DNA of 64,000 nucleotides from an uncultured Aquitalea sp. (GTDB lineage Bacteria; Pseudomonadota; Gammaproteobacteria; Burkholderiales; Chromobacteriaceae): NCBI RefSeq assembly GCF_945957525.1, contig NZ_CAMFLA010000021.1, positions 1 to 64,000 of the forward strand, read 5' to 3'. Shown piece by piece: positions 8,904 to 18,821 of this stretch (position 1 is its first letter; each line of letters starts with the position of its first letter). The notes under the pieces were generated by a model. It saw only the letters and a program-made list of their open reading frames with translations, ran no database searches and was not told where the DNA came from. The position numbers and the translations under genes were made by a program.

Positions 8904-10270
8904 GCCGTTTTCCTTCCATCCGTCGCCCCGCCCTTATCGCGCGCCCATTGCAGATTGAGCGCCATCACCAGCCAGAACAGGGCCACCAGCACATTAGTAA
9001 AACTGTAGTAATGATCAAAAAACCCGGTCAGCAAGGCCGCCAGCACACCGGCCCCTGCGCCCAGCGCCAGCGCCTCGCGCTCGCCCATGGCCGCCAGACT
9101 GGGCCCGGGCCGCCAGGCTCGCCACCAGGCCCGGGTTTGCAGCACAAACAACGCCATGCCCGGCAAGCCCAGCTTGTAAATGAGGTTGAGCCAGAGATTG
9201 GAAATGCCCAGCAAGCCGGTATCCGGCGGCGGCGGCTCGGTCTTGAAACCAATGCCCAAGGGATAGCGCGCCATGGCCTTGGGAAACATCCGGTACTCGT
9301 CCATACGGATTTCCGTGCTGGCGTTGCTGGAGGAAAACATGGTGGACAGGCGCTCCTGCAAGGGCGGGTAAAACAACACCAGCGCCAAGCCCAGCGCTGC
9401 GGCCAGGCCGATGATGCGGCCCGCCAGCGGCACCCGTCGCCAGCTCATCCACAGCAACACCAGAGCCAGACTGAGAATGGCCCCGCGTGAAATGCTGAAC
9501 AGCAACCCCGCCGCGCCCAGCACGGCAACCGAAGCGCCCAGCAAGCGCCGCCAGCCTTGCCGGCATTGCGCGTAAAAGAAGGCCAGCGGCAGAAACAGCA
9601 CCAGCGCGCCGCCGGTCAGGTTGGGATGCACCCAGGGCGAGGCCATGCGGGTGTAGTTGGCCGAAAAGATGTCTTTCACCGCTTCCGGGTGGGCATATTT
9701 CAGTTTCTCCAGCACCGGAATGAAGGTATTGGCGTTCCGGTCCTTGAAGAAATACGCCAGCGACAGCAGCAGCATGGCCAGCGTGCCCAACAGCAGCGCA
9801 GCCGCCACCGCATCGCGTTCGCGCTCTCCCTGAGCCAGCAGCGGCAACAGCAGCAAAGGCGACAGATTCAGCAACCAGCGCAACCAGTTGACCACCCCGT
9901 TGCCATCGGCCTGCACCGTGACTTGCCCCACCAGAAACGGCAGGCCGCTGAACACCATCAGGCCGATCAGCCAGCGCTCAGGCGAGTCCAGCCGCCAGCG
10001 CCGCTGCCCCGTCATCAATTGCCAGCCCGCGCCGGCCCAGCACAGCCCCAGCATCGCTTCGCTGACGGTAATGCGAAAACCCAGATTCACCGTGGTGTAC
10101 GGGATGAAAGTGGCCAGCACGGCAAACAGCAGCAAGCCCCACAAGGGCTTCCACAGCACGGTCAGCGCCAACGCCGCGCCGGCGACCGCCAGCAGGGTAA
10201 CCGCCTTGGGCAGGGCCAGCAGCAAAGCGCCGAACACGACGCCGATCAGCACCGCCAGCGCGCTCACCAT
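8900..10270 (-). CDS. pslJ: Wzy-type polysaccharide polymerase or O-antigen-ligase-family membrane protein (PslJ-like).
   Basis: It has about 10-12 TM segments and a large periplasmic loop. The start is at either 10303 or 10270, and both overlap the upstream GT stop. Its position in the operon supports the call. Confidence 0.55.
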   Translation of the reverse strand: MVSALAVLIGVVFGALLLALPKAVTLLAVAGAALALTVLWKPLWGLLLFAVLATFIPYTTVNLGFRITVSEAMLGLCWAGAGWQLMTGQRRWRLDSPERWLIGLMVFSGLPFLVGQVTVQADGNGVVNWLRWLLNLSPLLLLPLLAQGERERDAVAAALLLGTLAMLLLSLAYFFKDRNANTFIPVLEKLKYAHPEAVKDIFSANYTRMASPWVHPNLTGGALVLFLPLAFFYAQCRQGWRRLLGASVAVLGAAGLLFSISRGAILSLALVLLWMSWRRVPLAGRIIGLAAALGLALVLFYPPLQERLSTMFSSSNASTEIRMDEYRMFPKAMARYPLGIGFKTEPPPPDTGLLGISNLWLNLIYKLGLPGMALFVLQTRAWWRAWRPGPSLAAMGEREALALGAGAGVLAALLTGFFDHYYSFTNVLVALFWLVMALNLQWARDKGGATDGRKTA

Positions 10271-11379
10271 GCCTCCCCAAGCCATTCGCCCAGCCATTGC
10301 CATAGCCTGGCGCTGTAAGCCGGCATGTCAAACTGCGCGGCCCAGGCGCGCAAGGCGACGGGACTCTCCAGTCGGCCCCGGCCATCCTGCGCCAGTCGTC
10401 GCATCAGTCGCTGCAAGGCGGCTCCTTGATGCGGATCGAAGCGCGGCGCTTCCGGCAAGGCCACCTCGTCCAGCGCGGACCCCAGCGCCACCGCCGTCGG
10501 CGTGCCTTGCGCCATGGCTTCCACTACCGGCAAGCCAAACCCCTCGGCCAAGGAAGGCTGCCACAAGCGTTCGGCATGGCGGTACAAGGCGGCCAGCTCC
10601 GCGTCGCTCACCCCGCTCAACACCCGCAGGCCAGGCAAGTCGCGCTGCTCCGGCGGCAGATCGTCCAGAGACCCCACTAGCGCCAGTTCGGGCAACAGCT
10701 CAGGACAAGCCTGACGCGCCGATCGCCATTGCTCGATGAACCAGGGGATGTTTTTGCGCGGCTCCCGCGAACCCACCAGCAACCAATAAGGCGCATTCAA
10801 GGGCGATGCCATCACGGGTTCAGCTATCGACGGCACAGCATTGGGCAGCACACGCAACTTGGCCGCATGACGGGGAAACAGCGCGGCGGCCTGCTCGGCC
10901 GTGAAACGCGAGGGTGTGAACACCCGCTCCGCCAGCGACACGGAGCGCCGTACGCCCAGGCGGTCTATCTGCCGGTAGGCCAGCGCCTTCCACCAGCTGG
11001 CGTGACGGTTGTCCAGCGTCAGCTGGAACACATCATGCAGCAGCAAGCCCAGCCGCACGCCCTCCGGCGCGCCCAAGGGCGGCAGGCCGGTATTGGCGGT
11101 GGCGATGTAAACGTCCGCCCTGCTGTCGCGCAGGGCCTGCGGCAGGAAGCCGGCCTCGAAACGCCAGCGCTCCTGGGGGCGATGTAATCCGCCCTGCGGG
11201 CTGGCCTGCGCTGGGCACAGCGCAATCTGTCGATGCGGATGGCCGTCGGGACAGGCGGTGAAACGCAGCACCTCCACGCCGGGGCGAGCCGCCAGCGCCG
11301 ATTCCATCGCCAACACCTGACGCGCGATGCCGGAATACGGCGCGGCCGTCACCGGGCGGTAATCAAGACCGACGCGCAT
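10264..11379 (-). CDS. pslI: Glycosyltransferase family 4 (GT-B, GT1 superfamily), PslI-like.
   Basis: The C-terminal GT4 motifs are PSLAEGFGLPVVEAMAQGTP. The start at MRVGLDY.. (ATG at 11377-11379) overlaps the upstream stop. Confidence 0.6.
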   Translation of the reverse strand: MRVGLDYRPVTAAPYSGIARQVLAMESALAARPGVEVLRFTACPDGHPHRQIALCPAQASPQGGLHRPQERWRFEAGFLPQALRDSRADVYIATANTGLPPLGAPEGVRLGLLLHDVFQLTLDNRHASWWKALAYRQIDRLGVRRSVSLAERVFTPSRFTAEQAAALFPRHAAKLRVLPNAVPSIAEPVMASPLNAPYWLLVGSREPRKNIPWFIEQWRSARQACPELLPELALVGSLDDLPPEQRDLPGLRVLSGVSDAELAALYRHAERLWQPSLAEGFGLPVVEAMAQGTPTAVALGSALDEVALPEAPRFDPHQGAALQRLMRRLAQDGRGRLESPVALRAWAAQFDMPAYSARLWQWLGEWLGEAW

Positions 11380-12619
11380 CAAGCATCTCCCGATACAGGC
11401 ATTCCAGCTGGTCGGCGGCGGCGTTCCAGTCGTGGCGCGCGCGCGCATAAGCGCGGCCGGCCTCCCCCACCCGGACGGCCAGCCGGGGCGAAGCCAGCAG
11501 CAGCAAGGCTTCGCGCGCCAAGCCCTCCGCGCTTGCCGCAGTGAAAGCGTCTTCGCCGTCGCGCAGGCTCAAGCCGGACACGCCCTGCGGCGTACTGACC
11601 ACCGGGAGCCCCGCCGCCATGGCTTCCAGCACCTTGAGCTTGGAGCCGCCGCCCTCGCGCAGGGGGGCGATGAACAGCGTGGACGCCGCCTGCTCCACCC
11701 GCAGATCATCGACAAAGCCCTGCCACTCGATGCGCGCGTCCGTCCAACGCGTCTTCCACTCTTCCGGCATCGCGTAGCCACAGATGGCCAGCCTGGCATC
11801 CGCCGCCTGGGACCAGACGCGGGGCATGATGTCTTCCACGCACCAGCGCACCGCATCGAGATTGGGCGGGTATTCGAAATTGCCGACAAACAGCAGACGC
11901 CGACTGCCGGCCACAGGACGCACTGATTCGAAATGCCGGCAATCCACGCCATTGACCACCACATCCACCGCGTCGCCGCGCACGCGCGCCAGCTGGGCGG
12001 CGTCCTCGGCGGTAACCGCCGCCACCCGCGCCGCCGCCTTCAGCACCCGCGCCTCCCAGCGGCGATAGCGCCACTGGTCGTAAACCACATAGGGTTTGCT
12101 CCAGAACGGCAGATGCTGATAGGTGGCTGCGCCGAGGGCCGACTCCACATTGTGTTCGGTCAGCAAAAAGGCTTGCCGGCGACGCCGCAATTCGGCCAGA
12201 AAAGGCTGGGCGGCGTAGCTGTGCTCAATCTGCACCACATCCCAGCCTTCGGCCAACAGTTGGCCGAAACGGCGGCTGAGCGCTGGCGCAAGGCCGTTGA
12301 CGCTAGCCAGCAGCGGGTACGGAGCCAGCGCCGCAGCGAGCAAGGTTTTGGGGTGCTTCAAAGGGCGGCGCGGCAGGACGATCAAGCGCTCCACCAGTCG
12401 CGACAGTCGCCATTGTGTATCGGCGTCCAGCGCCTGTTTGCTCTGCACCAGCAAGGTAATGCGATGACCACGCTCTGCCAGCGTGCGAATGAGGTGAAAC
12501 TGTCTCAGCTTCCCGCCGCTGGTGGTGGGCCAGGGCAAATACGGCAACGTCCACAGAATGCGCAACGGGCGCTGCAAGGCCTGTTCCTGCCGGATGATCT
12601 TGTCTACGGGACAGCCCAT
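11363..12619 (-). CDS. pslH: Glycosyltransferase family 4, PslH-like.
   Basis: It has a GT4 E-x7-E-type C-terminus (..EGGGSKLKVLEAMAAGLPVVST..). The start at MGCPVDK.. (ATG at 12617-12619) overlaps the upstream stop as TAATG. The long N-terminal extension in the ORF track is rejected. Confidence 0.6.
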   Translation of the reverse strand: MGCPVDKIIRQEQALQRPLRILWTLPYLPWPTTSGGKLRQFHLIRTLAERGHRITLLVQSKQALDADTQWRLSRLVERLIVLPRRPLKHPKTLLAAALAPYPLLASVNGLAPALSRRFGQLLAEGWDVVQIEHSYAAQPFLAELRRRRQAFLLTEHNVESALGAATYQHLPFWSKPYVVYDQWRYRRWEARVLKAAARVAAVTAEDAAQLARVRGDAVDVVVNGVDCRHFESVRPVAGSRRLLFVGNFEYPPNLDAVRWCVEDIMPRVWSQAADARLAICGYAMPEEWKTRWTDARIEWQGFVDDLRVEQAASTLFIAPLREGGGSKLKVLEAMAAGLPVVSTPQGVSGLSLRDGEDAFTAASAEGLAREALLLLASPRLAVRVGEAGRAYARARHDWNAAADQLECLYREMLDARRS

Positions 12620-13926
12620 TATTTCCACTCCAGAATCTGCAATTGGCGACTGGCGTCCAGTCGCAGCCGGCCGTTCTCCGCCGTCAGTTCGCGCCGACCA
12701 CCGCTTAGCGGCTGGTAGAGGGTGGCGCGCGTCACCCCGCTCAGCTCCACCACGCCGGGCTGCCGCGCCCAGAACAACCACAAGCGGCTGCCATCCGGTT
12801 TGCGCCAGGCCACGCTGAATTGTTCGCCGGCTTCGCGGGTCAAGGCGGGGCCGCTGTCCGGCAGCAAACGCGGGCCGGTAATGGCGAGAAAACGCGCCAG
12901 CGCGGTATAAGCGGGCTTGGGTTTGCCGTCCAGCGACAGCAGGCCGTAAGACTGGTCGCGCCGACCGGCGCGGCCATCCAGATCGGACAGGGCAAACAGG
13001 AAGACGCGGTCGTAATCCAGCGCGCTCATCAGCGCCAGACGACGCAAGAGAAAATCGGCCTGCCCGTCGCGGCCGATGACGGGCTGCTCCTCTTTCGGGC
13101 CGCCATAACTGGACCAACCCCACTCGGTTGCCCAGATGGCGGGCACTTTCATCGCGCGCAGACGGCGGTTGGCTTCCTGCGCGCGCAGGATGAAATCGCG
13201 GGCGGTCGGGTCGTCGCCTTCCGGCTCCAGGCTGTACGGGTGGTAGGCCACCACCGCGCCCAGACTGAAAGCGCCCAGTTTGCCCAGCTCTTCCAGCATC
13301 AGCCCGCCTTGTGTCGGCTGCTGGCTGTAATAGGCCATGCCCGCCATGACCACCGGCTTGCCCGGCGCGGCGCGGCGCAGTGCCTGCACCGAATCGCGCA
13401 GCAGCAGGCCATAGCCGCGCGCGTCTTCATGCGGCTGCCAGAATGCCGGCAGATTGGGCTCGTTCCACACCTGCCAGGCGTCCACGCCGGGATAGCGACC
13501 GGCCAGCATGGCCAGCCGCCGCGCATAGACCGCGGAGTCGGTAGGCGGGTACTGGTCCTTGTTGCGCGCCCAGAACGGCGCGCTGCTGGCAAAGCGGGCC
13601 GAACCCACCAGATAGAACACCGACTTCAGCCGCTCGCGCCGCAAGGCGGCGGTCAGATCGTCCAGCGGCTGCAGCACATAGCGCTCTTCCTGTGGTTCGT
13701 GCCGGTCCCAATGCAGATCCACCCTCACCCACTCCAGCCCCAGCGCCTTGAGCCGCGCCATCTGGCCTTGGTATTGCGCCGGGGTAAACCAGAGGAAATG
13801 CGCGTTCACACCGAGAAAATCTTTCCATGCCAGCGGCTGCTTGCCGCTGAGGCGGGTTTCCGCCCGCAAGGGCGCGCACATCATCAAGGCCAGGCAGGCC
13901 AGCAAGGCGGCCATCCGTGTTTTCAT
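12619..13926 (-). CDS. pslG: Secreted GH-A clan glycoside hydrolase (GH39/GH5-like) with a signal peptide, PslG-like. It probably degrades or processes the EPS.
   Basis: The signal peptide is MKTRMAALLACLALMMCAPLRA. The acid/base motif is WQVWNEPN and the nucleophile motif is WATEWGW. It is embedded in the EPS operon, and its size of about 435 aa is comparable to PslG. Confidence 0.6.
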   Translation of the reverse strand: MKTRMAALLACLALMMCAPLRAETRLSGKQPLAWKDFLGVNAHFLWFTPAQYQGQMARLKALGLEWVRVDLHWDRHEPQEERYVLQPLDDLTAALRRERLKSVFYLVGSARFASSAPFWARNKDQYPPTDSAVYARRLAMLAGRYPGVDAWQVWNEPNLPAFWQPHEDARGYGLLLRDSVQALRRAAPGKPVVMAGMAYYSQQPTQGGLMLEELGKLGAFSLGAVVAYHPYSLEPEGDDPTARDFILRAQEANRRLRAMKVPAIWATEWGWSSYGGPKEEQPVIGRDGQADFLLRRLALMSALDYDRVFLFALSDLDGRAGRRDQSYGLLSLDGKPKPAYTALARFLAITGPRLLPDSGPALTREAGEQFSVAWRKPDGSRLWLFWARQPGVVELSGVTRATLYQPLSGGRRELTAENGRLRLDASRQLQILEWK

Positions 13927-15119
13927 AACGTCTCTCCCTGGCCCTGCGCGCGCAGAAACACTTTTTTGAAGCGCTCGGCGGTACTGGGCCAGACTCGGGC
14001 CTGCCCCAGCCGGGACGCCGCCTCGGCGCAAGCGGCGATACGGGCGGGCTGATCCGCCATGCGGGCAATAGCGTCCGCCAGCGCCGGCACATCGCCCTGC
14101 GCATACACCACCCCGTTGCCATGCGACACCTCTTCGGCAAACGCCCGCGCATTGGAAGCGATGGCGCCGCGCCCGCAGGCCGCCGCCCAGGACAGCGCGC
14201 CGCTGGTGCCGCGTTGCTGCCCCAGCCAAGCCAGCCGGGCGGACTCGCGATACGGCAGCACCATCACATGGCAGGACTGGATCAGGGTGGGAATAGCATC
14301 AGCCTCCACATCCAGCCGCCAGTCCAGCGTCAAACGCGCCAGCCCGGCCTCGCGCAACCGCCGCCGCAGGAAATCGAGATAATCCCCGCCGCCGGCAAAG
14401 GTCATGTCCGGCTGCGTGCCACCGGCCAGCGTCAGGGCGCAGCCTGCGGCAAAGCCGGGCCGCTGTTGCTCCAGCAGCGCCAGCGCATCGATGAGATCTT
14501 CGATGCCTTTGCCCCGGTAGACGAAGCCGAAGTACAAGAGCCGCAGCGGCCCCCTTGGCGGCAAAGGCGGCAGCGGAGCCGGCGGCAGTGCGCGGTTGCC
14601 ATGAGCGATGGCCACCACTTGCGACTTGGCCAGGCCCATGCGCCGACACAGACGGAAACGCCCGGTTTCGGTCAGGGTGACCAGCAAGGACAGCTGCTCC
14701 GCCAGCGTGCGCTCGCGCCGCAAGGTAAAAGGATCGAGCGCCAGCACACCCAGTTTGGCCAGCGTCGGCGGCAGCTTGCGCCACCAGGCCGGCAATGACG
14801 GCGGCCGCCAGATCAGCCGCTCCGGGTCGTGCACCGTGGCGGTCAACGCCAGCCCCGGCCGGTGTCGCGCCAGCCATTCCAACGCCAGGAACTCGCCGCA
14901 ACGTCCGCCGCCCAGCTCGGCGTGCGCGCCGTCGAAAGCAGTCCAATCCACGCTTGCCAGCGCTTTGGCCAACCTTGCCGGCTCCTGCGGCAGGCCGCCA
15001 GCCAGCGGCGGCGTCAACGCCACGCCAAGCTCGCTCATGGCCTGACGAAACGCGGCGGCATAGTCGGCAATGCCGCTTTGCTCCGGCGGCAAGGGCGCCA
15101 GCAGGGCGATGCGCATCAC
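13923..15119 (-). CDS. pslF: Glycosyltransferase family 4, PslF-like.
   Basis: It has a GT4 fold (..HVMVLPYRESARLAWLGQQRGTSGALSWAAACGRGAIAS..). It is 398 aa and overlaps its neighbours. Confidence 0.55.
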   Translation of the reverse strand: MMRIALLAPLPPEQSGIADYAAAFRQAMSELGVALTPPLAGGLPQEPARLAKALASVDWTAFDGAHAELGGGRCGEFLALEWLARHRPGLALTATVHDPERLIWRPPSLPAWWRKLPPTLAKLGVLALDPFTLRRERTLAEQLSLLVTLTETGRFRLCRRMGLAKSQVVAIAHGNRALPPAPLPPLPPRGPLRLLYFGFVYRGKGIEDLIDALALLEQQRPGFAAGCALTLAGGTQPDMTFAGGGDYLDFLRRRLREAGLARLTLDWRLDVEADAIPTLIQSCHVMVLPYRESARLAWLGQQRGTSGALSWAAACGRGAIASNARAFAEEVSHGNGVVYAQGDVPALADAIARMADQPARIAACAEAASRLGQARVWPSTAERFKKVFLRAQGQGETL

Positions 15120-17122
15120 CAGTTCCCTTTCAGGCGATCCAGACGCGCCAGCACGGCGGCCGGAATTTCCAGCCGGCGGCGGTTCAATACCAGCCCGTCC
15201 ACTTTGCCGAAGGCGGTCTGCAGGATGGATAGCGCGTTTTCCAGCATCGGCACGCGGGTCTTGCCAGCCTCAATCAGCAGCAAGATGCGATCGGCCCGCT
15301 TCAGCTGGACGAAGGCGTCGTGATTGCTGCCCAGGCCGGCGGCCGGCAGCAGCAGCACCTCACCCGGCGCAGCGCGGTCCGCATCGTCGCGCGCCAGCCT
15401 GGCCGGTACGCCGCGTTCTTGCAGCACCTCGATCAGGCGCTGCGCGACAAAACCCACGCCCGCGCCGTCTGCGGCCGAACACAATCCCAAGTTGAGGCCC
15501 TCCGCCCGCGCTTCTTCCAGGGGCAGCTGGCCGTACAGGCGATACAGGCTGGCGAGGAAAGCCGCATCGTGACCGGCATCCTCGCCAGCCTCGGGGATGA
15601 CGCTCCACACCGGCACGCCGAAACGCGCTTCCAGCCGCCCGGCGTCGTGGATGCGCTGATCAAACAAAAAGCCCAGGTAAACCACCAGCAAGCCCACGGC
15701 GAGGCCGGCGGGCAAGGCCAGCAACAGAATGGGCAGGCTCTTGGGAAAGACCTTGCCCGGCGTGAAAGTGGCTTTTTCGATGACGGCGATATTGCTGATG
15801 CGGCTGTTGTCCAACTCGCGATCGATACGGGCCTTTTCCAGGCTGTCCCGGTACAGCAGGTAGTTTTTCTCGGCGGCGGCCAGATCGCGCTCCAGCCGGG
15901 CCAGTTCCGGCTCCACGCCGAGAATGCGGTGACGTTCGCCCTTGAGGGTGTCCATCTCGCGGTCGTAAGCGGCGATGCGTGCTTTCAGTTCGCTCACGCG
16001 CACGTCTCGCTCCAGCGCGTCCCGCTGCAGCATGGTCACCATCTCGTTGGGCGCGCGGTTTTCCGAGCGCTGCACCGTGGGCTTTTCCTGCCCCGCGCGC
16101 GCCTTGAGCGCGGTGATGGCGGCGTCCAGCTCGCGGATGGGCGGCGCGTCGTTCTGGTACACCTTGAGTTTGTCCAGCCGTTCCAGCTCCAGGCCGTTGA
16201 GTTTGAGCAGCAAGTCCTCTCGTGCCGGATTCAGGCTGAGCTCGCGCTCCTTGGTCACTTCGCGCGGCAAACCCTGTGCGCGTTGTCCAGCGCTTTGCAC
16301 GCCCTTTTCCAGCGCCAGCTGTTCGGCCACAGCCTCGGCGCGCTCGCCCGACACCCGGTTGAGACGGTCGGTCAGGCTCTCCAGTTTTTCCTTGGAGCTG
16401 ATGCCGTCGATGGCTTTCAGATGCTCGGCGATGGCTGCCTTGGTGCCGGCGATCTGCCCGGCCAGCTTGCCGCTTTCTTGCTGGTAAAAGTCGTACAGGC
16501 TCTTGCGACCCAGCGCACGGGCGCGCTCTTCCAGATAGACATTGACCCATTTGGCCACCACCTGCTGCGCCACGGCCGGATCATCCCAGGTAAAGCTGAT
16601 CTCCATCACCGCCGAGCCGGCCGCGTGGCTGACTTCAAACTGTTTTTCCAGCTTGGCCGCCAGCCGCTCTTCGGCCGACTGTTCTTCCAGCACCCCCACC
16701 AGCACCAGCCCGTCGCGAGCAGTTTCAATGACGCTGTTGGCCGCCTTCTTGACATAGAACTTGATGGTTTTCCACACACCCTGCGGCGGCTGCGGGTGCA
16801 TGGCTTCCAGATAGTATTCGGCCACTTGCCGGATGATGGGTCGACCGGTCAGCAGCTTTTCCTCGTCCACGATGGGGTCGCGCTGGGTACTGGGTGCCAC
16901 CAGCGTCTGGCGGTCTGCAAATTCGATGGGCAGCGTGCTGGTATCGCGTCCCGGCTTCACCAGCAGGCGCGCCTCGGACTCATAGCGCGCCGGCAGGAGA
17001 AAGGCCCCCAGCACGGCCACCACGACGGTGGCGATGACTGCCAGGCGGAATTCCCGCAGGAAGATGAACAGCAGCCGGACAAGGTCGCGGAATGAACGGA
17101 TTTCAATCATGACGCACCTCAA
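15116..17122 (-). CDS. pslE: Polysaccharide co-polymerase of the Wzc/PCP-2a type (PslE-like). It has a Wzz domain, a long periplasmic coiled-coil and a second TM, and its C-terminal P-loop-like domain has no Walker A lysine.
   Basis: The N-terminal Wzz-like TM helix plus coiled-coil and the second TM (LPILLLALPAGLAVGLLVVYLGFLF) are present. The C-terminal segment LGLCSAADGAGVGFVAQRLI stands where BY-kinases have G-x4-GK(S/T). Confidence 0.65.
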   Translation of the reverse strand: MRCVMIEIRSFRDLVRLLFIFLREFRLAVIATVVVAVLGAFLLPARYESEARLLVKPGRDTSTLPIEFADRQTLVAPSTQRDPIVDEEKLLTGRPIIRQVAEYYLEAMHPQPPQGVWKTIKFYVKKAANSVIETARDGLVLVGVLEEQSAEERLAAKLEKQFEVSHAAGSAVMEISFTWDDPAVAQQVVAKWVNVYLEERARALGRKSLYDFYQQESGKLAGQIAGTKAAIAEHLKAIDGISSKEKLESLTDRLNRVSGERAEAVAEQLALEKGVQSAGQRAQGLPREVTKERELSLNPAREDLLLKLNGLELERLDKLKVYQNDAPPIRELDAAITALKARAGQEKPTVQRSENRAPNEMVTMLQRDALERDVRVSELKARIAAYDREMDTLKGERHRILGVEPELARLERDLAAAEKNYLLYRDSLEKARIDRELDNSRISNIAVIEKATFTPGKVFPKSLPILLLALPAGLAVGLLVVYLGFLFDQRIHDAGRLEARFGVPVWSVIPEAGEDAGHDAAFLASLYRLYGQLPLEEARAEGLNLGLCSAADGAGVGFVAQRLIEVLQERGVPARLARDDADRAAPGEVLLLPAAGLGSNHDAFVQLKRADRILLLIEAGKTRVPMLENALSILQTAFGKVDGLVLNRRRLEIPAAVLARLDRLKGNW

Positions 17123-17898
17123 TTGGCCTTGATGTTGACATTGGTGTCGCTCGAGTTGAGGTTGTAATTCAGCCCCAGGCCGATAGCCTTGCTGAACGGC
17201 AGCAACTGGTTCAGGTAGAGGTCCACCACCTCGATACCGTTGCCCACGGCGGATTTCGGCACAAACACAACGTCGCCGCGTTGCAACATGACTGCCCGGC
17301 GCTGATCGTCCGGCTGCAGGAAACGGCTGAAATCGGTGAAATACACTTTGTAGCGGCCGTTATCGTCCAGTCGCAGCAAGGCCACCCGGCTGCTGTCCGC
17401 CGTGGGCAGCACGCCGCCTGCGCCGATGATGGCCTGCTCTATGGAGGCCGCGGCGGACAACTCGAACGCCGACGGGTTGCGCACCGCGCCGCCAACGAAT
17501 ACCCGGTTGCCCGGCGCGATGGCGATATTCACCGTCACCTGCGGGTAGCGGTAGATGCGCGCCAGCTTGGCGCTTACTTCTTCGCCCACCGCCTCCGGCG
17601 TGCGGCCGGCGGCGCGCACCGTGCCGATGAAGGGATAGGCGAACCCGCCGTCAGGGCGCACGAAATACAAAGTGGCTTCGTCTTTCTCCGCCGGCGTCTG
17701 CGCGTCGCGCACGATGCGCAAGGTGTCGCCGCTCATGACCCGAGTGACCGGCGGCGGCAGCTGGCTGATGTCGGCCACATCGATGCGGCGCGCCTCGACC
17801 TCCTTGTCGGCCGGCAGTGTCACCGTGCTGGGCGTGGCGCAGCCATTCAGGCAAAGCGCCGTCGCGCAGACGGCAAACAGGGGAACAATGCGTGTCAT
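17119..17898 (-). CDS. pslD: Outer-membrane polysaccharide export lipoprotein (Wza/OPX family, PslD-like).
   Basis: The lipobox is LCLNGC. The Poly_export plus SLBB architecture is visible (..LRIVRDA..; GGVLPTADSSRVALLRLDDNGRY). The protein is 259 aa. Confidence 0.7.
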   Translation of the reverse strand: MTRIVPLFAVCATALCLNGCATPSTVTLPADKEVEARRIDVADISQLPPPVTRVMSGDTLRIVRDAQTPAEKDEATLYFVRPDGGFAYPFIGTVRAAGRTPEAVGEEVSAKLARIYRYPQVTVNIAIAPGNRVFVGGAVRNPSAFELSAAASIEQAIIGAGGVLPTADSSRVALLRLDDNGRYKVYFTDFSRFLQPDDQRRAVMLQRGDVVFVPKSAVGNGIEVVDLYLNQLLPFSKAIGLGLNYNLNSSDTNVNIKAN

Positions 17899-18821
17899 TG
17901 GATGGTTTCCTGATTCCAGTAAGCCCCGAACATGCCGAGGCGGCGCTTGAGGGCACGCGGCAGTGCGCGCTCATGCCAACCCAGACGATAGCCGGCCCAC
18001 TTGAGCGCGCTGCGCAGCGCGGCTTCGGGCAGGCGCCATGCCTGCCCGGCCGCCAGCAAGGCGCGTAGTTCGGAGCGGACAAAACGCAGGCCTTCGCCGC
18101 TCGCTCCGCCGAAATGCTCGGCGATCCAGCGTTCGCGGCCATAAAACACGCCCACATCGAAATAGCGGCGGAATTCCTGCAGCAGGCTGTAGTCGTGCGA
18201 ATGCAGCACTGCGGCATCTGCCTCATAACGCACCGCCCAGCCGGCCAGCAGCATGCGCGCCGCCACATAGGCGTCCTCGCTGCCGATCACGTCGGCCGGA
18301 AAGCCGCCCGCAGCCGTCAGCGCTTCGCGCCGATAGGCGCAAAATGAGTCGGAGGCGAAGCAGGTTTTGATACCGAGTTCTGCCGCATCGCGCAGGCGTT
18401 TGCTGCGGCTTTGCGGCGGGTAATTGAATTGCCGGGCATGCGCGGCCAGCACGCCGGCATCGTGATGCGGCAGCTGTCGGCCGAAAGCCATGCCCACTTC
18501 GGCGTCGTCTGTCACTGCGGCGCACAAGCGTTCCAGGCTGCGCTCGTCGGCGGGGATGGCGTCCTGCGTCAGGTAAACCAGCAGCTCGGCCCGCACCAAT
18601 TCGCTGGCCATGCGCCGGGTGCCGCCATGATTGAAGCGCGCGGCGGGGATGCCCACTACGCGAGCGCCGGCGGCGCTCAAGCGGGCGGCGCTGCCGTCCC
18701 CAGACTCGCTGTCCACCACCAGCCACTCGTCAGGCTGCCGCGTCTGGGCAGCAAGCGCCGGCAGCAGACGACCCAGCCAGGGCCCGGCATTGCGCACCGG
18801 GATGATCAGCGCCATCTTCAT
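17895..18821 (-). CDS. pslC: Glycosyltransferase family 2 (PslC-like).
   Basis: The GT2 N-terminus is LIIPVRNAGPWL..VVDSESGDGS, with a DxD-type region. It is 308 aa. Confidence 0.6.
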   Translation of the reverse strand: MKMALIIPVRNAGPWLGRLLPALAAQTRQPDEWLVVDSESGDGSAARLSAAGARVVGIPAARFNHGGTRRMASELVRAELLVYLTQDAIPADERSLERLCAAVTDDAEVGMAFGRQLPHHDAGVLAAHARQFNYPPQSRSKRLRDAAELGIKTCFASDSFCAYRREALTAAGGFPADVIGSEDAYVAARMLLAGWAVRYEADAAVLHSHDYSLLQEFRRYFDVGVFYGRERWIAEHFGGASGEGLRFVRSELRALLAAGQAWRLPEAALRSALKWAGYRLGWHERALPRALKRRLGMFGAYWNQETIQ

